Below are positions 58,887-64,000 of a stretch of DNA of 64,000 nucleotides, one piece after another. This stretch comes from an uncultured Actinomycetes bacterium (lineage in GTDB: Bacteria > Actinomycetota > Acidimicrobiia > IMCC26256 > DASPTH01), in the NCBI GenBank assembly GCA_963835985.1, contig CAWIHV010000003.1, forward strand, positions 100,006 to 164,005, written 5' to 3'. How positions within the stretch are numbered: position 1 is the first letter of the stretch; each line of letters begins with the position of its first letter. Under the pieces are notes generated by a model. That model was given only the letters and a program-made list of their open reading frames with translations. It ran no database searches and was not told the DNA's origin. The position numbers and the translations under genes are program-made.

Positions 58887-59663
58887 ATGGCGCGCTTCGA
58901 GGGCAAGGTCGTGGTGATCACCGGCGGCGGCGCGGGCATCGGGCGCACCTACGCCCTCCGGTTCGCGTCGGAAGGGGCCAAGGTCGTGATCGCCGACCTC
59001 GACGAGGTGGCCGCCCGGCGCGTCGTCGACGAGATCGCGGTCGAGGGCGCGCACGGCCTCGCCTACGCGATGGACGTCACCGACGTCGACGCGGCCGCGG
59101 CGATGGCGGAGCGCGCGGTCGCCGAGCTCGGCGGTATCGACGTCCTCGTCAACAACGCCGGCATCCACCTCGACCATGCGCAGCTGCCGTTCACGCTCGA
59201 CGCGGTGCCGAAGTGGCGATCCGTGCTCGACGTGAACGTGATCGGCGCGCTGATCGGCGCGGCGGCGTGCCGACCGGCGATGGTCGAGCGCGGCGGTGGC
59301 GCGATCGTGAACATGTCGTCGATGGCCGCGTACGCGGGTTCGGGCGCGTACGGCGTGTCCAAGCTCGCGCTCAACTCGCTGACGGTGAGCCTCGCGGCCG
59401 ACTTCGCCGCCGACGGCATCCGGGTGAACGGCATCGCTCCCGGCCTGGTCGACTCCGAAGCCGCGGTCGAGTGGTGGAGCGACGCGTCCCGTGCCGGCAT
59501 GGAGGGCATCGACCAGATGCTGATCGGTCAGCAGATGATCAAGCGCCAGGGCACGATGCACGACCTCGCCGACATGTGCCTCTTCCTCTGCTCCGACGCC
59601 GCCAGCTTCGTGACCGGCCAGACGATCCTGGTCGACGGCGGCTACACCAAGAAGCCGTACTGA
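58887..59663 (+). CDS. Short-chain dehydrogenase/reductase
   Basis: TGGGAGIG, NNAG, the catalytic S...YGVSK and PGLVDS are present. The ORF is intact. Confidence 0.92.
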   Translation: MARFEGKVVVITGGGAGIGRTYALRFASEGAKVVIADLDEVAARRVVDEIAVEGAHGLAYAMDVTDVDAAAAMAERAVAELGGIDVLVNNAGIHLDHAQLPFTLDAVPKWRSVLDVNVIGALIGAAACRPAMVERGGGAIVNMSSMAAYAGSGAYGVSKLALNSLTVSLAADFAADGIRVNGIAPGLVDSEAAVEWWSDASRAGMEGIDQMLIGQQMIKRQGTMHDLADMCLFLCSDAASFVTGQTILVDGGYTKKPY

Positions 59664-59668
59664 ACGCG

Positions 59669-60947
59669 ATGGACGATCACGGGCCGGGCTCCCCGCGTCC
59701 ACGGCGAGTCCTGGTCATCGGTGCCGGCTTCGGCGGGTTGCAGTGCGCCAAGGCACTCCGGGGCGAGCCGGTCGACGTCACCATCGTCGATCCGCGCGAC
59801 TACCACCTCTTCACTCCCCTCCTGTACCAGGTGGCGAGCTGCGTGCTGAGCCCGTCGTCGGTGGCCGCTCCGATCCGGAAGGTGTTCCGGGGCGTCGCCA
59901 ACGTCCGCTACCGCCAGGACGAGGTCGTCGCGCTCGACCACGCCGGCCGGTTCGGCCACGCTGGCGAGCGGCACGGTGCTCGAGTACGACGCGTGCGTCA
60001 TCGCGACCGGGAGCGCGACCAACTACTACGGCAACGCGACCGTCGAGGCCAAGTCGCTCGGGCTCAAGGACCTGACCGAAGCGCTGCAGCTTCGCAACCA
60101 CGTGCTCACGTGCTTCGAGCAGGCCGCGACCGCCACCGACGAGTCCGAGCGCCGGACACTGCTGACGTTCTGCATCGTCGGCGCCGGACCGACCGGCGTC
60201 GAGTACGCCGGCGCCCTCGCCGAGTTCGTGCGCCTGGTGGTGCCGCAGGAGTACCCGGAGCTCGCGGCCGCGCCCGTGCGCATCGTGCTGCTCGAAGGTG
60301 GTGATCGGGTGCTGCCCGGGTTCAAGCCCCGGCTCTCCGCGTACACCGCGGGCCAGCTCGGCCGACTCGGAGTGGAGCTGCAGACCGAGACCATGGTGAC
60401 GTCCGCCGACGCCGCCGGCGTCGTCCTCCACGACGGCACCGAGCTGCCCACGGCCACGATGGTGTGGACGGCCGGTGTACGGCCGCGCGACCTGCGTCAG
60501 CCAGAGTCGACCGCCGGCCCCATGGGCCGCATCGAGGTCGACGACCACTTCCTGGTGGCGGGCACGACGAGCACCTACGCGATCGGCGACGTCGCCGCGG
60601 GCTCCGATCACCACGGTGCGACCCTGCCGATGGTCGCGCCACCGGCGATGCAGGCCGGCCGCTTCGTCGCCGCCGAGATCCTGCGCGGCCGCGGGCGACC
60701 GTTCCGCTACCGCGACAAGGGCATGTTGGCGACCATCGGACGCCGGGCCGCAGTCGGCCAGATCGGGCCGATCACCTTCACCGGCCTCGTCGGGTGGATC
60801 GCCTGGCTCGTCGTGCACCTCTACTACCTGATCGGGTTCGAGAACCGCGTGCGCGTGCTGTTGCGCTGGGCCTGGTACTACGTGCGGCTCGATCGACCCG
60901 TGCGCATCATCCTGCGCGCCGGCGAGCCGCGCCCGACCGACGACTGA
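59669..60947 (+). pseudogene. ndh: Type II NADH dehydrogenase (NDH-2) family FAD oxidoreductase; one frame break near 59950
   Basis: RVLVIGAGFGGLQCA..HLFTPLLYQVA continues in ORF 59976..60947 as YDACVIATGS.., IVGAGPTGVEYAGALAE, AIGDVAA and the C-terminal membrane-anchor-like region. Confidence 0.85.
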
Positions 60948-60950
60948 ACC

Positions 60951-61802
60951 TCAGCGCGTCGTCGCCGCGTCGACCAGCTGCAGGCGCAGTCCGAAGGTGT
61001 CGGCGGGATCGAGCCACACCGAATCGGCGTCCTCGCCGGCGACGCCGATGCCGGCACGCGCGAGCCCGGCGGGCGCGGTGTCGAGGTCGACCGCGAGCGC
61101 CACCGAGTGCAAGGTGCCGCGACCGTCGGCGACGACGTGGTGCCACGCGCTCGACGGGTCGCGCGGCGCCACGAGGCGCAGCGTGAGATCGCCGATGTCG
61201 AAGTCGGCGACCACCTCGGGACCGTTGCCCGCGACAGGTCGCGGCCCGACGCCGAACACGTCGCGCAGCAGTGCGGTCACCGGCTCGAGGTCGACCACGA
61301 CCCCGGTGACGTGCGCGACCCGGAAGACCGGCACCAGACCGTCGCCCCCGCCGATGGGTGATCCCGCGTTGCGAGGGTCGTTGGGCAGACGGTCGTCGGT
61401 GAGCTCGAGCATGAGGCCGTAGGTGTCGCGCGGGTGCATGAAGAAGTGACGACCCTCGATGTGCACGCCGGTGATCCCGACGCCGGCCTGTTGCAGGTGG
61501 TTCTGCGAGGCCCACATGTCGGGCACCTCCCACGCCAGGGACTGCACACCCGGGCCGTGCTTGGCGAGCCACCGACCGACGACGCCATCCGAGCCCGACG
61601 CGGCGAGGGCGAGGAACGGGACGTCGCCCATCCACACGATCTCCATGTCGCTGCCGTCGAGGTCGTCGTGCAGGGCTTCCATCATGACGCCCGCGCCGAA
61701 CACGCGGCGCCACTGCTCGACTGCGCCCTTGCCGTCGTGCACCGCGAGCGCGATGCGATGGCAGTTCCCGGGATCGCTGAAGCCGCCGGCGCGCGGGGAC
61801 AC
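60951..61802 (-). CDS. Two-domain VOC-fold (glyoxalase / extradiol-dioxygenase-like) protein
   Basis: Intact ORF with a GTG start. Two repeats show the VOC pattern (HRIALAV..FG, and VAHVTGVV.D..). I could not verify metal ligands. Confidence 0.75.
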   Translation of the reverse strand: MSPRAGGFSDPGNCHRIALAVHDGKGAVEQWRRVFGAGVMMEALHDDLDGSDMEIVWMGDVPFLALAASGSDGVVGRWLAKHGPGVQSLAWEVPDMWASQNHLQQAGVGITGVHIEGRHFFMHPRDTYGLMLELTDDRLPNDPRNAGSPIGGGDGLVPVFRVAHVTGVVVDLEPVTALLRDVFGVGPRPVAGNGPEVVADFDIGDLTLRLVAPRDPSSAWHHVVADGRGTLHSVALAVDLDTAPAGLARAGIGVAGEDADSVWLDPADTFGLRLQLVDAATTR

Positions 61803-61820
61803 GGTCGGACACGTGGCTAC

Positions 61821-62688
61821 TCAGCCCACGACGCGGAACATGAGCGTCGCCGCGCTCGATGGCGCGGTCGTCGTTGCCCTCGTCGTGCAGGGTGAGCTGC
61901 ACACCGACGCGCGCCGAGTCGTCGGTGCCCCGCATCGCCTCGCCGTCGACGCGGAATGGTCCCGCCTTGCCCCGCGCCATGAACATGAAGTGGTCCGACT
62001 CGGGCTGGAGCTGGTCGGTCCCGGTGAGCTCGCGGGCGAGATCGATCGCCGCGGTCTCGTGGATCACGAACTGCGGCCCGACGTGCAGCGCGGCGTCGGG
62101 TGACGCGAACTCCGCCTGCAGCTCGCCGAGGCCCCAGTGCCCGTCGGCGCGCTTGGCCCCTCCGAACACCTTCCAGATCGGGGGCAGATCGGGTGAGTCC
62201 TCGACGTGCTCGATCGGGTCGTCGTCGAAGAGCTGGTCGCCCTTGATGTGCGGCGGCACGTCGCCGATCGACGCGCCCTGGCCCTCGATGAGCGCGAGCA
62301 CGCGGCTGTGGTTGTCGGCATCGACGATGGTCGCCCGGCCGAAGTACATGCGGGTCCCGACCTTCAGGGCGTGCCCGTCGATCACCTCGATGCGCCGCAC
62401 GTCGTTGCCGTTGTCGAGGATCTGCAGCGAGTGGATGACCGGATTGGGCACCACCTCGAGATCCGAGGGTCCCCCACCGCCCGGCGCGCAGATCGAGAAG
62501 ACCTGCGACAGGATTCCGCCCGCCGCGTTGCGCATGTCGTGCCGGAGCGTGACGGTGTCGTCGTCGACCTTGTTCATCGAGGAGAACTGCCGCCCGATGT
62601 AGCGGTAGCTCATGAGCGCACCCCACCGTTGGCGGAGCGTCTCCCAGTACTGGTCCTTGTCGGTGTCGCGGATGTCTTCGAGCGTCAT
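61821..62688 (-). pseudogene. Hypothetical protein, possibly tandem hot-dog (thioesterase/dehydratase-like) fold; frame break near 61850
   Basis: ATG at 62688 after GGAGGAGAA. It has two internally similar halves with a thioesterase-like MRNAAGGI segment. The natural-looking end ATLMFRVVG-stop (61821) is in another frame. Confidence 0.5.
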
Positions 62689-62711
62689 CGTGTTCTCCTC
62701 CGGTCGACGAT

Positions 62712-63920
62712 CTACGCGTCGGCGAGCAGCTTGTCGAGGTTGCCGCCCATGACGGCCTTGCGGGTGTCGAGCGAGAGACTCTCGATCTCCTCCGAGAACG
62801 CGAGCGGGTCGCGCATGCCCTCGGGGTGCGGGAAGTCGGAGCCCCACATCGTGTTGTCGACGCCGAGCAGCTCGATGAGCCCGATGGGGTCCGGCTCCGA
62901 GAACGCGTGGATGAACACGTTGCGGCGCAGCGCGACCATCGGGTCCTCGTCGAAGAGCTGCGGCGTGCGCGCGTACGCGTCCTGGAAGTGGTGCACCATG
63001 GGACGCACGTAGTCGGTGCCGAACTCGACGATCGCCACCTTCAGACGCGGGTGACGGGCCAGACAGCCGTGGCCGATGAGCGAAGCGATGAAGTCGGCGA
63101 TCTGCCAGCGCGGCGTGCACAGGGCGCGGAACGAGAAGTCCTGGTGGAACGCCAGTCCGAACCCGGGCGCGTCGAAGTAGCCACCGGTCTCACCGTCGCC
63201 GTCGAGCTCGGCGACGTCGACCGGGTAGCGCCGGTTCACCACCTGGTGGAACCCGGCGACGATCCCGGTGTCCTCCATCAGCGTCCAGAACGGATCGAAC
63301 TCGCGCTGGGCGATCGAACGACGACCACCGAACCCGCTCGCGGGCGCGCTGCTCAGATACACCACGCGCGCGCCGCGCTCGGCGACCCACTCCAGCTCGT
63401 CGCAGGCGCGGCCGAGGTCCTGGAGCGAGATCATCGGCGTGGGGTAGACCGCGTTCTCGTAGTTGTAGGTCCAGTGCTCGAGCATCCACTGGTTGAGCGC
63501 GTGGAACGACACCGCAACCGCGTACGGGTCCTCGGGCATCGCCTGCTCGATCACGCTGCCGAGGGTCGGCCACATCAGCGCACGGCCGATGCCGTACTCC
63601 TGCATGAGCTTGTAGCGCGGCTCGACGTCGTAGAACGCGTCCTTCCCCGCGATCGACCGGCGCTTCAACGGATCGTCGTCCTGGCCGCCCGGCACCGCGA
63701 CGCGCGAGAACGTGGGGTTCGGGATCGCGCGCTCGATGCGGTCCTTCACCACGAGGCGCGTGCGATTGCCCTCCTGGATGTACTTGACGAGACCGTCGTA
63801 CTGCTTGGGGATGAACTTCGTGAACGAGTCGGTGTTCTCGTACATGTGGTTGTCGACGTCGAACACGGGATACTCGAGATGCCGGTCACGTACGAAGAAC
63901 AGCTCGTCGTCGTCGGCCAT
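62712..63920 (-). CDS. Amidohydrolase-2 family protein, paralog 6
   Basis: The ORF is intact. MADDDELFFVRDRHLEYPVFDVDNHMYE and MWGSDFPHPEGM are present. GGGGAG lies 5 nt before the ATG at 63920, with an alternative ATG at 63932. Confidence 0.88.
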   Translation of the reverse strand: MADDDELFFVRDRHLEYPVFDVDNHMYENTDSFTKFIPKQYDGLVKYIQEGNRTRLVVKDRIERAIPNPTFSRVAVPGGQDDDPLKRRSIAGKDAFYDVEPRYKLMQEYGIGRALMWPTLGSVIEQAMPEDPYAVAVSFHALNQWMLEHWTYNYENAVYPTPMISLQDLGRACDELEWVAERGARVVYLSSAPASGFGGRRSIAQREFDPFWTLMEDTGIVAGFHQVVNRRYPVDVAELDGDGETGGYFDAPGFGLAFHQDFSFRALCTPRWQIADFIASLIGHGCLARHPRLKVAIVEFGTDYVRPMVHHFQDAYARTPQLFDEDPMVALRRNVFIHAFSEPDPIGLIELLGVDNTMWGSDFPHPEGMRDPLAFSEEIESLSLDTRKAVMGGNLDKLLADA

Positions 63921-63936
63921 GTCACTCCCCATCCGA

Positions 63937-63956
63937 TTCTGAACACGTGTTCAGAA
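63937..63956. promoter_or_regulatory. Perfect 20-bp palindrome TTCTGAACACGTGTTCAGAA upstream of the amidohydrolase gene (candidate operator)
   Basis: Read directly from the sequence. It begins 17 nt upstream of the 63920 start codon. Confidence 0.45.
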
Positions 63957-64000
63957 CCTATCTCGTGCGGAACTGGTCGACCACCAAGGCGTAGCGGCTG

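Noticed and set aside
63937-63956. A KstR-type operator, which would mark a cholesterol-catabolism regulon.
   Set aside because: The KstR consensus as I recall it is TnnAACnnGTTnnA, with 2 nt between AAC and GTT. Here the spacing is 4 nt (AAC-ACGT-GTT), so the match fails.

Overview
This is a very GC-rich chromosomal segment of actinobacterial type (roughly 70 percent GC by eye, not computed). It holds about 70 protein genes and one tRNA-Val(CAC). I saw no rRNA, CRISPR array or intact mobile element.

Left part (1-26 kb):
- the 3' end of an acyl-CoA ligase gene and several small NTF2/VOC-fold enzymes
- a secreted alpha/beta-hydrolase fused to a neocarzinostatin-like domain
- a stand-alone LigD-type 3'-phosphoesterase
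- an ECF42-type sigma factor with its DGPF/YCII partner
- two opposed VapBC-type toxin-antitoxin pairs
- a membrane acyl-CoA desaturase fusion preceded by two GAF-ANTAR regulators
- a translationally coupled tandem of nucleotidyl-cyclase / STAND-ATPase / TPR proteins
- TetR, ArsR and MarR regulator modules

Centre: aceE and dxs.

The rest (18-20 kb and 31-64 kb) is a large catabolic gene set:
- six PF04909-type amidohydrolase paralogs
- two enoyl-CoA hydratases and a two-gene acyl-CoA dehydrogenase pair
- a CoA-transferase and a split methylmalonyl-CoA-mutase
- an F420-type LLM oxidoreductase and three nitroreductases
- two P450s, SDRs, an aldo-keto reductase, NDH-2 and VOC proteins

The most pervasive signal is about 50 reading-frame disruptions inside otherwise well-conserved genes. 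I read these as consensus indel noise rather than biology. Affected genes are listed as pseudogene, with that caveat.

Non-coding structure worth a look:
- two families of conserved-sequence hairpins sitting just after gene 3' ends
- a 47-bp imperfect direct repeat bracketing one toxin-antitoxin cassette
- several palindromic operator candidates

I found nothing I can confidently call a new system. The best candidates are the cyclase-STAND tandem, the GAF-ANTAR/structured-leader/desaturase unit and the hairpin repeat families.
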